A stretch of DNA of 64,000 nucleotides from Candidatus Scatocola faecipullorum (GCA_018714685.1 DVNC01000028.1:43459-107458), one strand, 5' to 3'. Shown: positions 38,013 to 46,568, counted from the first letter of the stretch. The notes: generated from the sequence alone by a model not told the origin. Translations and numbers: made by a program.

Positions 38013-38249
38013 ATGAATTTTAGTGATTATTTAAAAAACGCCAATAAAACTTTAAGAGAAGCGGCTGCGGAGACTGGAATCAGCTATGAATTGCTCCGAA
38101 AATATAAAAATAAACAGCGCCGCCCGCGCATTGAAAATATGCTTATTCTGAGAAATTGGACTAATGGTGCAGTTACGGCTGATGACTGGTATATGCCGGC
38201 TAACGATAACAAACCTCAAGATCAAAATAGAAATGAAGCATTAAAATAA
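38013..38249 (+). CDS. Cro-like small HTH regulator
   Basis: 78 aa from ATG 38013, with GGGAGG upstream. It has an HTH-like segment LREAAAETGISYELLRKYKNK. It is divergent from cI. Confidence 0.55.
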   Translation: MNFSDYLKNANKTLREAAAETGISYELLRKYKNKQRRPRIENMLILRNWTNGAVTADDWYMPANDNKPQDQNRNEALK

Positions 38250-38260
38250 AAAAGTTTAAC

Positions 38261-38293
38261 CGTTTTGCTTTTAATTAAGCAAAGCGTTTTTTT
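38261..38293 (+). terminator. tR1-like intrinsic terminator after the cro-like gene
   Basis: CGTTTTGCTT-TTAATT-AAGCAAAGCG (one G-U pair) followed by TTTTTTT. Confidence 0.55.
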
Positions 38294-38315
38294 GTAACCA
38301 AACAGGGAGAAAACC

Positions 38316-38786
38316 ATGGAAGAAAAGAAACGCGGAAGACCAGCAGGAAAGAAGTTGTCTGCGGATTTTTACAAAAAATCGGCACCGCAGCGTGAAGACC
38401 TGGCTTTGATTGCGCAAGGGAAAATTAAACTTGGTGCTGACATGGATACTCCGGTCAAGCCGGAGTATGACAGCAAAAAAGACAAGCCAGAGTATGACGG
38501 CAAAAAAGAGAAGCCGGCGTATGACGGCAACTTAGTCGGAATTGGCCCGAACATGACGGGTAGGGACAAGCCCGGGCATGACGAGGCCGGCGGAACGCCG
38601 GAATTGACAGCACAGCAGACGGAAGCTCTCAGCAAAGTCTGCCAGACGGATGAGCTGCTGGATATGATGCTCCGCTCTTTGGAACAATCCGGCGCAAATC
38701 CGCGGTGGCTGGATGAAGCCAAAATCAGCTTTTCCGTCGGAATGATGGAAGTATGCCGCGCTATCTTAAAACCGCAGGGAATCTGA
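38316..38786 (+). CDS. hypothetical phage protein with an RGRP motif, KPEYD repeats and a C-terminal helical-hairpin motif
   Basis: 156 aa. It has KRGRPAGKK, three copies of KP(E/A)YD(S/G)KK, and a C-terminal NPRWLDEAKISFSVGMMEVCRAILKP. Confidence 0.5.
   Translation: MEEKKRGRPAGKKLSADFYKKSAPQREDLALIAQGKIKLGADMDTPVKPEYDSKKDKPEYDGKKEKPAYDGNLVGIGPNMTGRDKPGHDEAGGTPELTAQQTEALSKVCQTDELLDMMLRSLEQSGANPRWLDEAKISFSVGMMEVCRAILKPQGI
38458..38530 (+). repeat. 27-bp tandem repeat (2.7 copies) inside CDS 38316..38786
   Basis: AAGCCGGAGTATGACAGCAAAAAAGAC / AAGCCAGAGTATGACGGCAAAAAAGAG / AAGCCGGCGTATGACGGCAA. Confidence 0.8.
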
Positions 38787-38965
38787 TGGACGACTGCTGG
38801 CAAAGATATGTGAAGCGGCTTATTGACCGCGAAAGAAATCGCCAAGCGGTCCGGGACTGGTTGAGCCGGTTCTGGATCTGGCGGCCTTATTCAAAATACA
38901 GCCTCAGCGAGCAGGAACTTCGCGACCGGGGCTTTGAAAATCTTAACGAAAGGAACAATCAATGA
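38786..38965 (+). CDS. hypothetical phage protein
   Basis: 59 aa from ATG 38786, which overlaps the upstream stop (TGATG). Confidence 0.35.
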   Translation: MDDCWQRYVKRLIDRERNRQAVRDWLSRFWIWRPYSKYSLSEQELRDRGFENLNERNNQ

Positions 38966-39147
38966 ATGGCAAAAAAGCAAGAGCCTTGCGAGAAATGGCA
39001 AGAAGAATCACCGTCGGCGCGAAGGAAACCGCCTATTGTGCCCGGAAGAACAATCCGGAGACCATCTTATTGGCGCCGGATTGCACCCGCAGTTATTATC
39101 AGCGGATGAAAAAAGAGTATTACCGCCGGGATAAAAAAGCGCGGTAA
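38962..39147 (+). CDS. hypothetical basic phage protein
   Basis: 61 aa. ATGA overlap with the upstream gene. Confidence 0.35.
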   Translation: MNGKKARALREMARRITVGAKETAYCARKNNPETILLAPDCTRSYYQRMKKEYYRRDKKAR

Positions 39148-39172
39148 TGCCGAACCTTTTATTAACCTTAAT

Positions 39173-39511
39173 GTGAAAGTGAAAAAAATGTGGAAACGCA
39201 AAAAGAATGATGAAGCCGAACAAATGACAATGGAACCGGTTCAGGAGTTGGACGCGGTGGAAGAGGAGAAAAAACGCAAAGAGCGCGAGCAAAAGCTCCG
39301 CGAGAATATCAGCCGCCTTTATGACAACGAAAAAGAGCGGGCTGATATTGAGGCCGATATTACTTCCGTCTATGCTGACATGAAAAAAGAAGATTTGAAC
39401 AAAGCTCTGCTGCGTAAAATCTTTCAACTGTGCAGCTTTAAGGAAGGCATGCGGGATTTGGAAGTTAATTTTGTTTATGAAACCTATAATAAGTCAATCG
39501 ATTTGAAATAA
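39173..39511 (+). CDS. hypothetical coiled-coil phage protein
   Basis: 112 aa, Glu/Lys-rich. Confidence 0.4.
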   Translation: MKVKKMWKRKKNDEAEQMTMEPVQELDAVEEEKKRKEREQKLRENISRLYDNEKERADIEADITSVYADMKKEDLNKALLRKIFQLCSFKEGMRDLEVNFVYETYNKSIDLK

Positions 39512-39587
39512 ATGATTTGCAATGTAAAGCAATGTCTGAAAGCGACATTGCTTTACGTCATTGCGGCAGTCTAAAAAGGAAAGAAAG

Positions 39588-39773
39588 ATGGCAACCGAAC
39601 GGGAAGAAATTTTAACCCGGGAAATGAACGAAGCCTTAACCGTGATTTTGCTGGAGGTATATGCCGGCGTTATGAAAAAGTCTGACGCGCTGCTTCTGCT
39701 GCAGGCGATGCGGGCGACCATAGAACCGGCAATTAAGGCCATCGATGACACAATCGCAAAAGTTAAGAATTAA
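39588..39773 (+). CDS. hypothetical phage protein
   Basis: 61 aa from ATG 39588, with AAGGAAAG upstream. Confidence 0.35.
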   Translation: MATEREEILTREMNEALTVILLEVYAGVMKKSDALLLLQAMRATIEPAIKAIDDTIAKVKN

Positions 39774-39786
39774 GAAAGGCAGAAAG

Positions 39787-40224
39787 ATGGGATTATTGGA
39801 TAAATTCAAAAACAAACCGTTTCCCGAATGGATGCGGAAGATGAAAGCGGAAGAACAAATTGAAGAGGAACGTCAGGCTGCGCTGGACAGCATGAGAAAC
39901 GTTCCGCCACAGTATGATTGGTCGCAGGTCAGGCAGGCACCGGTATTGAACATCAGAAAGACGCTTCAGGAGATAAGCAGACAAATCGACCGCCGATGTT
40001 ACAACCGCTTTATTCTGCGCACCAGCTTGCGGGAAACGACAGACCCGATTAGGGCCGAATTGCAAAACTTTATAAAAAATCCTCTTAAGCTCAAACTTTC
40101 TGCCGGATTGAAGCGCAAATTGCGCCGCGAAAAAGCGAAATACAAGCAAATCCGGGAATGGATGGATGATGTGGAAAGGGCCGTAAATGAGGCCGTATTC
40201 GGGGATTCCGGCGATGAGCGTTAA
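39787..40224 (+). CDS. hypothetical phage protein
   Basis: 145 aa from ATG 39787 (MGLLDKFKNKPFPEWM). Confidence 0.4.
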   Translation: MGLLDKFKNKPFPEWMRKMKAEEQIEEERQAALDSMRNVPPQYDWSQVRQAPVLNIRKTLQEISRQIDRRCYNRFILRTSLRETTDPIRAELQNFIKNPLKLKLSAGLKRKLRREKAKYKQIREWMDDVERAVNEAVFGDSGDER

Positions 40225-41338
40225 AATTTATGTAGATGACGCTTTGGCGCGTTTGCGACAACTGCCGGACAGTTCGGTCAACTGCGTAATTACGTCGCCG
40301 CCCTATTGGGGGCTGCGGGACTATGGCATTGCCGGGCAGCTCGGACTGGAGGCAACGCCGGAAAAGCATATTGCTGCGCTGATTAAGGTTTTCCGCGAAG
40401 TTAAAAGAGTTTTAAAGCCGGACGGCACGCTGTGGGTCAACTACGGTGACACCTATGCTTCAAGCGTTAACGGCCGACCGGCAGCGGAGGTTGTCAACGA
40501 TAACCGTACATTCCGCGATAAGCCTTTCTCCACCGTTGTCGGCAGGTTGAAGCCAAAAGATTTGGTTGGGCTGCCGTGGCTCTTGGCTTTTGCTTTGCGG
40601 GACAGACTGGGTTTTTATCTGCGCAGTGACATTATCTGGCATAAACCGAACTGTATGCCGGAATCAGCCAAAGACCGCCCGGCCAAAGCGCATGAATATC
40701 TTTTTCTGTTCAGCAAATCGCCGCGTTATTATTATAATTATGCCGCGGTGCGGGAACCGGTGGCTGCAAATGACAACGGGATTGTGCGGCATCCGAACGC
40801 TTTAAGTTTTGCCCGGATTGTCAATGAGCCGGAGCGTCCGGGACATAGTGACAGCCAGCACCGCATAACGCGAGGCAAGGGTAACAGCCGGAGCTTTCGC
40901 GGCGGCGGCGCCTATGTGCATAGTCAGAATTTTCAAAATTCGGCGGCGATGGCGCATAAAACAGCAGGAAATCAGGAAAATATAAGCGGTTTGCGCAATC
41001 GGCGGACAGTTTGGACAATTGCCAGCCGCGGTTTTTCCGAGGCGCATTTTGCGACTTTTCCGCCGGAGTTGGTGCGGCCGTGTCTGCTGGCCGGCTGTCC
41101 GGCGGACGGTGTGGTGTTGGATCCGTTCGGCGGTGCTGGAACGGTCAGCCTTGAAGCTGAGCGGCAGCAGAAAAACTCGATATTAATTGAGTTAAACCCG
41201 GCATACGCCGAAATTGCCCGCCGCCGGATTATAGCAGACGGCGGGATGTTCTGCCAAATTGACATTATTCGCCCCAAAGTACAAAAGACCGGATTGCGGT
41301 TGTTTTGGCGGTGGTTGCGGCGAAAATTATGGCTTTGA
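40214..41338 (+). CDS. beta-class N6-adenine/N4-cytosine DNA methyltransferase
   Basis: Motif IV VITSPPYWGLRDY comes first. Motif I DPFGGAGTVSLEA is near the C-terminus. The start is placed at ATG 40214 (MSVKIYVDDAL). Confidence 0.85.
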   Translation: MSVKIYVDDALARLRQLPDSSVNCVITSPPYWGLRDYGIAGQLGLEATPEKHIAALIKVFREVKRVLKPDGTLWVNYGDTYASSVNGRPAAEVVNDNRTFRDKPFSTVVGRLKPKDLVGLPWLLAFALRDRLGFYLRSDIIWHKPNCMPESAKDRPAKAHEYLFLFSKSPRYYYNYAAVREPVAANDNGIVRHPNALSFARIVNEPERPGHSDSQHRITRGKGNSRSFRGGGAYVHSQNFQNSAAMAHKTAGNQENISGLRNRRTVWTIASRGFSEAHFATFPPELVRPCLLAGCPADGVVLDPFGGAGTVSLEAERQQKNSILIELNPAYAEIARRRIIADGGMFCQIDIIRPKVQKTGLRLFWRWLRRKLWL

Positions 41339-41368
41339 GGAATAACCCCGAACTGGAAAGAGGAACCT

Positions 41369-42550
41369 TTGGTATATATAAGAGACGCATACTTAACGCC
41401 GCGCTCAATCAGGAGAGCTTTGCAGGGACGCTTCCCCGCCGAAGTTATTCTTGAGGTTTTTTATGCCGTTGACGATTATGCCTATTACTGGGACGAACAT
41501 CGCTCCGGCAAGGGGTTTGATTTCTCTTATCTGTCACCGCCGGCACAGTCGGCTTTTGCAATGGTTTTAGACGTTATTGAAGAATTTAACGCCGATTATT
41601 ACCGCCGCAGCGATGCGCAGCGCAATAATGCACGGATAGGTGCAGACAAAAGGAGAGCGGAGAAAAGTAAAGCGAAACGTCAGACGACGTATTACGAAAA
41701 CAATCGCGAAGAAATTAACCGAAAACGCCGTGAAGCTTATAAATTAAAGAAAGAGCGGGAAAATCGTCAGGCATTGGATCGTCAAACAAAAAATAATGAT
41801 GATGTAAAGCGAAAAGTGTCAGACGAAGGCATCCAAAGCCAGAGCCGGTTTGACATTGCAGAAAATTCAGCCACGGCAGACAGGATAATTGGTTATTGTA
41901 ATTCCTCACTACGTTCAGAATTACCGGAAAATTGGAAAGGGGGTGTGGGGGAAAACCAAGTTATACACAACGCGGCTGTGGATATTGAAGATGCACAGTC
42001 CCCGACAGGCGGTCTGTCGGGCAGTAAGGCAGTCCAAACAGGGCGCACAGACCCTGTTTGCAGTAACGCAGTTGAAGGAAATGGGGCAGTTAAGGGACAC
42101 CCCGCCGCCGTTGGCGGCTCCCCTCAAGGGGAAGGCAGTGAGAGGAAATCGGCAATCAAGGACACTCTGCCGCCGCAGGCTGACGCCCTTGCTGAAGGCA
42201 ATAAGGCAGTAAACGGCGGCGAAACGCCGCCGGGCTCGGCAAGGAATGATTATGCGGCGGCCCCGCCGGCTAAACCCAAGCCTAAACCTTGGTTGTCAGC
42301 TCCGCATGAACCGGGAGAAGATGAGGTCAAAATTACCCAAAAATTCAAAATTGATTTTACCGACCCGGTTTTCAAGCCATACAGCAATGCGGATATAACG
42401 GTTCGTAACGGTTTGGAAAACTGGCTGCGCAAAAAGAAACTCGGTTGTTCGGTCGAAAAAAAATGGCTTTGCAGACAAATTGTCAGTTTTTCCCGGAATC
42501 AGGGAAAATTGTCGGTTTTAATGGGAGTTGACCCTCCTGAAGAAAATTGA
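41369..42550 (+). CDS. hypothetical phage protein, possibly replication/organiser-like
   Basis: 393 aa with a TTG start. A helical N-terminal domain is followed by a basic segment (RRSDAQRNNARIGADKRRAEK) and a long low-complexity middle. Any functional assignment is weak. Confidence 0.35.
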   Translation: MVYIRDAYLTPRSIRRALQGRFPAEVILEVFYAVDDYAYYWDEHRSGKGFDFSYLSPPAQSAFAMVLDVIEEFNADYYRRSDAQRNNARIGADKRRAEKSKAKRQTTYYENNREEINRKRREAYKLKKERENRQALDRQTKNNDDVKRKVSDEGIQSQSRFDIAENSATADRIIGYCNSSLRSELPENWKGGVGENQVIHNAAVDIEDAQSPTGGLSGSKAVQTGRTDPVCSNAVEGNGAVKGHPAAVGGSPQGEGSERKSAIKDTLPPQADALAEGNKAVNGGETPPGSARNDYAAAPPAKPKPKPWLSAPHEPGEDEVKITQKFKIDFTDPVFKPYSNADITVRNGLENWLRKKKLGCSVEKKWLCRQIVSFSRNQGKLSVLMGVDPPEEN

Positions 42551-42687
42551 AAAAGCCTTAATTTTCAAGGGATTTTGTGAATTTTAAGGGGTTTTCTGAA
42601 TCGATAATACGCGCGAAATGAATTTTTGCCGGAGGCGGGACAACAAAAAAATCGGTGTACAGGGCAATAAATAAGGGGTTTTGAGAG

Positions 42688-43080
42688 ATGATCAGAAAAA
42701 TTTTAACACTGGAAGACGTTAAAGTTGAGCTTGAAAGATATTTTGAAGTTATGAAGTGGCTGCCGGATATTCAGCGGCCGCGCTGCAAAACAACCAATTT
42801 CTACCGGGTCGCAGTGCCGCCGGTCAACCCGGAAGACGCTGAATATATGCGGCCAAGCATTACCGGGGAAGACATCTCTGACGCTTGGTACATAGACGAG
42901 CATTGGATGTCGGCGCCGCTGATTCTGCCGAACGAATATGTTTTTCTTCGCGATTTTTTGTCCGGTGTGCCTAAAAAAGTGCTGGCTTATCGGTACAGTC
43001 CCAATCAAACCGACCGAAAATATATCTATCGTTGGGCGGAGCGGTTGCTGAAAAGAATTTTTGACGCCGTCCGCAGATGA
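42688..43080 (+). CDS. hypothetical phage protein (last early gene before the late region)
   Basis: 130 aa. No motif recognised. Confidence 0.4.
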   Translation: MIRKILTLEDVKVELERYFEVMKWLPDIQRPRCKTTNFYRVAVPPVNPEDAEYMRPSITGEDISDAWYIDEHWMSAPLILPNEYVFLRDFLSGVPKKVLAYRYSPNQTDRKYIYRWAERLLKRIFDAVRR

Positions 43081-43249
43081 TTTTTATTTTGTCCAAAGTG
43101 CCACACTTTGCCACACTCTGATATGGGACATTTTTTTATTTTTGCGTTATAAAAAATTTATGATTGGCAAAGCTATGTAAGCAAAAGCCATGACTGACTT
43201 CTTTCTTGTTGACTGACATTGCCCCGGGGTCTGCCTCCCCGGGGTTCAT

Positions 43250-43322
43250 GGTGGGATAGAGCAGTTGGCAGCTCGCTTGGCTCATAACCAAGAAGTCGGA
43301 GGTTCAAATCCTCCTCCCGCAA
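43250..43322 (+). tRNA. phage-encoded tRNA with CAT anticodon (Met or Ile2 type)
   Basis: GGTGGGA-TA-GAGC-AGTTGGCA-GCTC-G-CTTGG-CTCATAA-CCAAG-AAGTC-GGAGG-TTCAAAT-CCTCC-TCCCGCA-A. CCA is not encoded. Position 1:72 is G:A. Confidence 0.75.
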
Positions 43323-43418
43323 CTCAAAAGACGAAATCGGCGTCCTATCCGTCTTTTCAAAAAATTTGACCCGCCGCGTTTTCCGGATCTTGTACGATAA
43401 CAAATCCGCCCATTTTAT

Positions 43419-43446
43419 AAGCCGCCCTGAAAGGCGGTTTTTTTAT
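43419..43446 (+). terminator. putative terminator after the tRNA
   Basis: AAGCCGCC-CTGAAA-GGCGGTTT followed by TTTTT. Confidence 0.5.
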
Positions 43447-43488
43447 GTAGCCATTATTTTTTTATTAACTTAACTGAAAGGATAAAAA

Positions 43489-43728
43489 ATGCCGGAAGAA
43501 AAAGAAGAAACCAAAGTAATTGGTTACCGTCCGCTGACCGAAGAGCAAAAACGGTTGATGAACAAAGCTAAGGAATTGGGCAATCAGCTCGGGGAATTTA
43601 TTGAAAACCTCAATTGCTCAACTGAATTTGACGCTGATGGGCGTTGTTTGGCGATTGCCCGCACTGAAATTCAAACCGGTTTGATGTGGCTTAATCGCGC
43701 CATAGCTCAGCCGGAAACATTTTGTTAA
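43489..43728 (+). CDS. small helical-hairpin phage protein
   Basis: 79 aa. The C-terminal DGRCLAIARTEIQTGLMWLNRAIAQPETF shares its pattern with the C-terminus of 38316..38786. Confidence 0.5.
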   Translation: MPEEKEETKVIGYRPLTEEQKRLMNKAKELGNQLGEFIENLNCSTEFDADGRCLAIARTEIQTGLMWLNRAIAQPETFC

Positions 43729-43766
43729 CTTTTTGGCCGCCTTTCGGAGCGGCTTTTTTTAAGAGA

Positions 43767-44240
43767 ATGAAAACTTTTAACACCAATACGGAAAATAAGG
43801 AAGAGTGGCTGACACCGCCTTACATATTGGAGGCGCTGGGAGGTTTTGATTTGGATCCTTGTGCGCCGGAATTCCGGCCTTGGGATATGGCAAAAGTCCA
43901 TTACTGCAAGGAGCAGGACGGCCTTTCTCAAAAATGGTTCGGCCGTGTTTGGTGTAATCCGCCGTATGGTCGGCAGACTTTTGACTGGCTTAAACGGTTG
44001 GCTGAGCACAAAAACGGTATTGCGCTGATATTTGCCCGGACTGAAACAAAGGGATTCCATTCCGAGGTTTGGAGAAAAGCTCACTCTGTCTTCTTTTTTC
44101 TCGGCCGTTTGAAGTTTCATTATCCTGACGGAGCGCAGGGAGATTGTGCAAATGCACCGAGCTGTTTGGTTGCTTACAATGCCGATAATACCGATGCAAT
44201 CAAAAAATCCGGATTGAACGGCAAATTGATAATTCTTTAA
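43767..44240 (+). CDS. phage Dam-family N6-adenine DNA methyltransferase
   Basis: EWLTPPYILEALGGFDLDPCA and WCNPPYGR (NPPY). The short ~157-aa format is typical of the phage Dam family. Confidence 0.8.
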   Translation: MKTFNTNTENKEEWLTPPYILEALGGFDLDPCAPEFRPWDMAKVHYCKEQDGLSQKWFGRVWCNPPYGRQTFDWLKRLAEHKNGIALIFARTETKGFHSEVWRKAHSVFFFLGRLKFHYPDGAQGDCANAPSCLVAYNADNTDAIKKSGLNGKLIIL

Positions 44241-44250
44241 TGGTGCTGAT

Positions 44251-44781
44251 ATGGGAACTAAAAAAGAAAAAGCGGTGGCAGAAGCAAAGAAAAAGGCTAA
44301 ACCGGCCGCAAAAGTTTTGCCGCCGGTATTTGAAGACAAATTTCATCTGCTGGGCGGACGGCCGCCTTCATTTAACTGCGTGGAAGAGATGGCAGCCAAA
44401 GCGACGGAGTATTTTACCGCTAAACAGCATGATGTTATCGGCTATACAAAAGACGGGAAAAAGATATACGGACAAGGTTCAATCAGTGTTAAGGGCGTTT
44501 GCGATTATATGGGCATTACCAATCAGACGCTTAATGAGTATGGCAAAAAGAAAGAATATGAATACACCGTTACCCGGATTAAGCAGATTTGCGAGGTTTA
44601 TGCGATTGACCGTTGCAACCTCAGCAAAGACCACAAGGCCGATTGGATTCTGCAAAATTGCTTTGACGGATGGAAGACCGAAAGCACGACCAAGATTGTC
44701 AGCGATGAACCGACGGCGGAGCGGCTCAAGAAGTTTTTACTTAAAAAGAAAGGCGCAAAAACAGCCAAAAAACAGGAATAA
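44251..44781 (+). CDS. terminase small subunit
   Basis: 176 aa directly upstream of TerL. It has a Lys-rich N-terminus, then GGRPPSF...EYF and an HTH-like segment KGVCDYMGITNQTLNEY. Confidence 0.65.
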   Translation: MGTKKEKAVAEAKKKAKPAAKVLPPVFEDKFHLLGGRPPSFNCVEEMAAKATEYFTAKQHDVIGYTKDGKKIYGQGSISVKGVCDYMGITNQTLNEYGKKKEYEYTVTRIKQICEVYAIDRCNLSKDHKADWILQNCFDGWKTESTTKIVSDEPTAERLKKFLLKKKGAKTAKKQE

Positions 44782-44784
44782 ATT

Positions 44785-46239
44785 ATGAATACGGAATTTG
44801 AAGAACAATTGGCGGAAGCCATGGCCGAATGTTCAGACGACCCGTATTCGTTCGTTATGCTTGCTTTCCCGTGGGGAACCGGGGCGCTTGAAGGCAAACG
44901 GCCCGAAGAATGGCAAGTGCAATTATTAAAGGATATTAGGGATAAATTATTAACGGTTCAGGAAGCGCTCAAGTTTGCGCTGGCCTCCGGCCATGGTATC
45001 GGCAAGTCGGCGCTGGTGGCGTGGTTGGTGCTGTGGGCTTTGTGCACCTTCCCGGAAACCCGCGGCATTGTAACCGCCAACACTGAAAAGCAGCTTTTAA
45101 CCAAAACATGGCCGGAAGTGCGGAAGTGGTTTAACCTTTGTATCTGCAAACATTGGTTTGAAATGACCGCAACCAGCATATACTCGGCCGATGAGCGTTA
45201 TAAGCAGTCTTGGCGGATTGATATGATTCCGTGGAGCAAGTCGAACCCGGACGCTTTCGCCGGTCTGCACAACCAAGGCAAGCGGCTGATAGTTATTTTT
45301 GATGAAGCTTCCCAAATTTGGGACAAAATCTGGGAAGTTACCGAGGGCGCCATGACCGACCTCGGCACGCAGATCTTGTGGCTGGCATTCGGCAACCCGA
45401 CCCAAAATACCGGCTGTTTTTACGACTGCTTCCATAAAAACCGGGATTATTGGGACACGCGGCAGATTGACAGCCGCACCGTCAGCTTTACCAACAAAGC
45501 GCAAATTGCCAAATGGGTCGCGCAGTACGGCGAAGATTCTGACTTTATCAAGGTTCGTGTGCGTGGCGTTTTCCCCAGCCAAGCCTCAAATCAGCTGATT
45601 CCGCTTAATGTGGTGTTGGAAGCCCAACAGCGCCAAGTTTATGAAGACAAGTCAGCGCCGCTTTTGATGATGATTGACGTAGCCAGATACGGCGACGACG
45701 AGAGCGTTATCCGCTTCCGACAGGGGCGCGACGCCCGTTCCTTTCCGATTAAGCGTTATCAGAAGATGGATAATCATACGCTGGCGCGTGAGGTTGCAAA
45801 GATGATTGATTATTATAAACCGGACGGCGTCTTTATCGACGGCGGTGGTGTTGGCGGCGGCGTAGTCGATAATTTGAGAGCATGGAAGTATCAGGTTATC
45901 GAAGTTAATTTCGGCGAAACTAAAAAATCGCTGGATCAGCCGGACCGTTATGTCAACAAGCGGGCGGAAATGTATGACGCTTTGCTGGACTGGCTGGTAA
46001 ACGGCGGCGCGATTGACGATGACGCCGGCTTAAAAGAAGATTTAACCGCTATTCAATACTTTTTCAACGGCCAGAAAATGCAGTTGATGAGTAAAGAGGA
46101 TATGAAAGCGACGGGATTGCCGTCGCCTGATGACAGCGACTGTCTGGCAATGTCTTTTTATTGCCCGGTTCGCAAAAGAGCTTCCCATGTGGGAGGCTCT
46201 TCCAGTTTTAAACGCAAAACTTATGATTGGAGTATTTAA
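44785..46239 (+). CDS. terminase large subunit
   Basis: Walker A ASGHGIGKS and Walker B LIVIFDEAS, with a C-terminal nuclease-like half (DVARYGDDES). Confidence 0.9.
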   Translation: MNTEFEEQLAEAMAECSDDPYSFVMLAFPWGTGALEGKRPEEWQVQLLKDIRDKLLTVQEALKFALASGHGIGKSALVAWLVLWALCTFPETRGIVTANTEKQLLTKTWPEVRKWFNLCICKHWFEMTATSIYSADERYKQSWRIDMIPWSKSNPDAFAGLHNQGKRLIVIFDEASQIWDKIWEVTEGAMTDLGTQILWLAFGNPTQNTGCFYDCFHKNRDYWDTRQIDSRTVSFTNKAQIAKWVAQYGEDSDFIKVRVRGVFPSQASNQLIPLNVVLEAQQRQVYEDKSAPLLMMIDVARYGDDESVIRFRQGRDARSFPIKRYQKMDNHTLAREVAKMIDYYKPDGVFIDGGGVGGGVVDNLRAWKYQVIEVNFGETKKSLDQPDRYVNKRAEMYDALLDWLVNGGAIDDDAGLKEDLTAIQYFFNGQKMQLMSKEDMKATGLPSPDDSDCLAMSFYCPVRKRASHVGGSSSFKRKTYDWSI

Positions 46240-46240
46240 C

Positions 46241-46564
46241 ATGTGTGGAGGAGATATTTTCGGCAGCATTGCCCGCCTTGCGCTGGCATCTGCATCGTTT
46301 GGCACGTCCGAGCTGTTTGGTGTCGGCAAAAAGGTCGGCAATATGTTCAGCAACAAGCCGAATATGGAAGGAAAAACGGTCGTTTCGCCGCAGCAGCAGT
46401 CTTCGGCAAAGCAAAGCGAAGCTGACGAGGCTGCGGTTCAGGCCCGGGAAGAGTCCAAGAAAAAGGCGGCAAATATGCTCGGTCGCCGTTCAACGATTTT
46501 GACCGGGTCTTCCGGTTTGACCGACCGCGCAAACACCACCAAGAAAACGCTGCTGGGGGCTTGA
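46241..46564 (+). CDS. small virion-associated protein candidate
   Basis: 107 aa from ATG 46241. It has a Gly/Ala-rich hydrophobic N-terminus (MCGGDIFGSIARLALASASFG) and a C-terminal RRSTILTGSSGL...KKTLLGA. Confidence 0.4.
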   Translation: MCGGDIFGSIARLALASASFGTSELFGVGKKVGNMFSNKPNMEGKTVVSPQQQSSAKQSEADEAAVQAREESKKKAANMLGRRSTILTGSSGLTDRANTTKKTLLGA

Positions 46565-46568
46565 GATT

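Noticed and set aside
43221-43248. CCCCGGGG...CCCCGGGG palindromic pair just upstream of the phage tRNA
   Set aside because: It probably just forms a hairpin in the tRNA promoter/leader. It is too small and has too little context to interpret further.
43173-43403. 76-aa minus-strand ORF
   Set aside because: It overlaps a well-formed tRNA(CAT) cloverleaf on the plus strand. The ORF is an artefact of the structured RNA gene.
44240-44788. 182-aa plus-strand ORF overlapping the small terminase
   Set aside because: It is an alternative frame of the same region. The frame starting at 44251 gives the TerS-like GRPPSF/HTH pattern, whereas this frame is Arg/Lys-rich low complexity.
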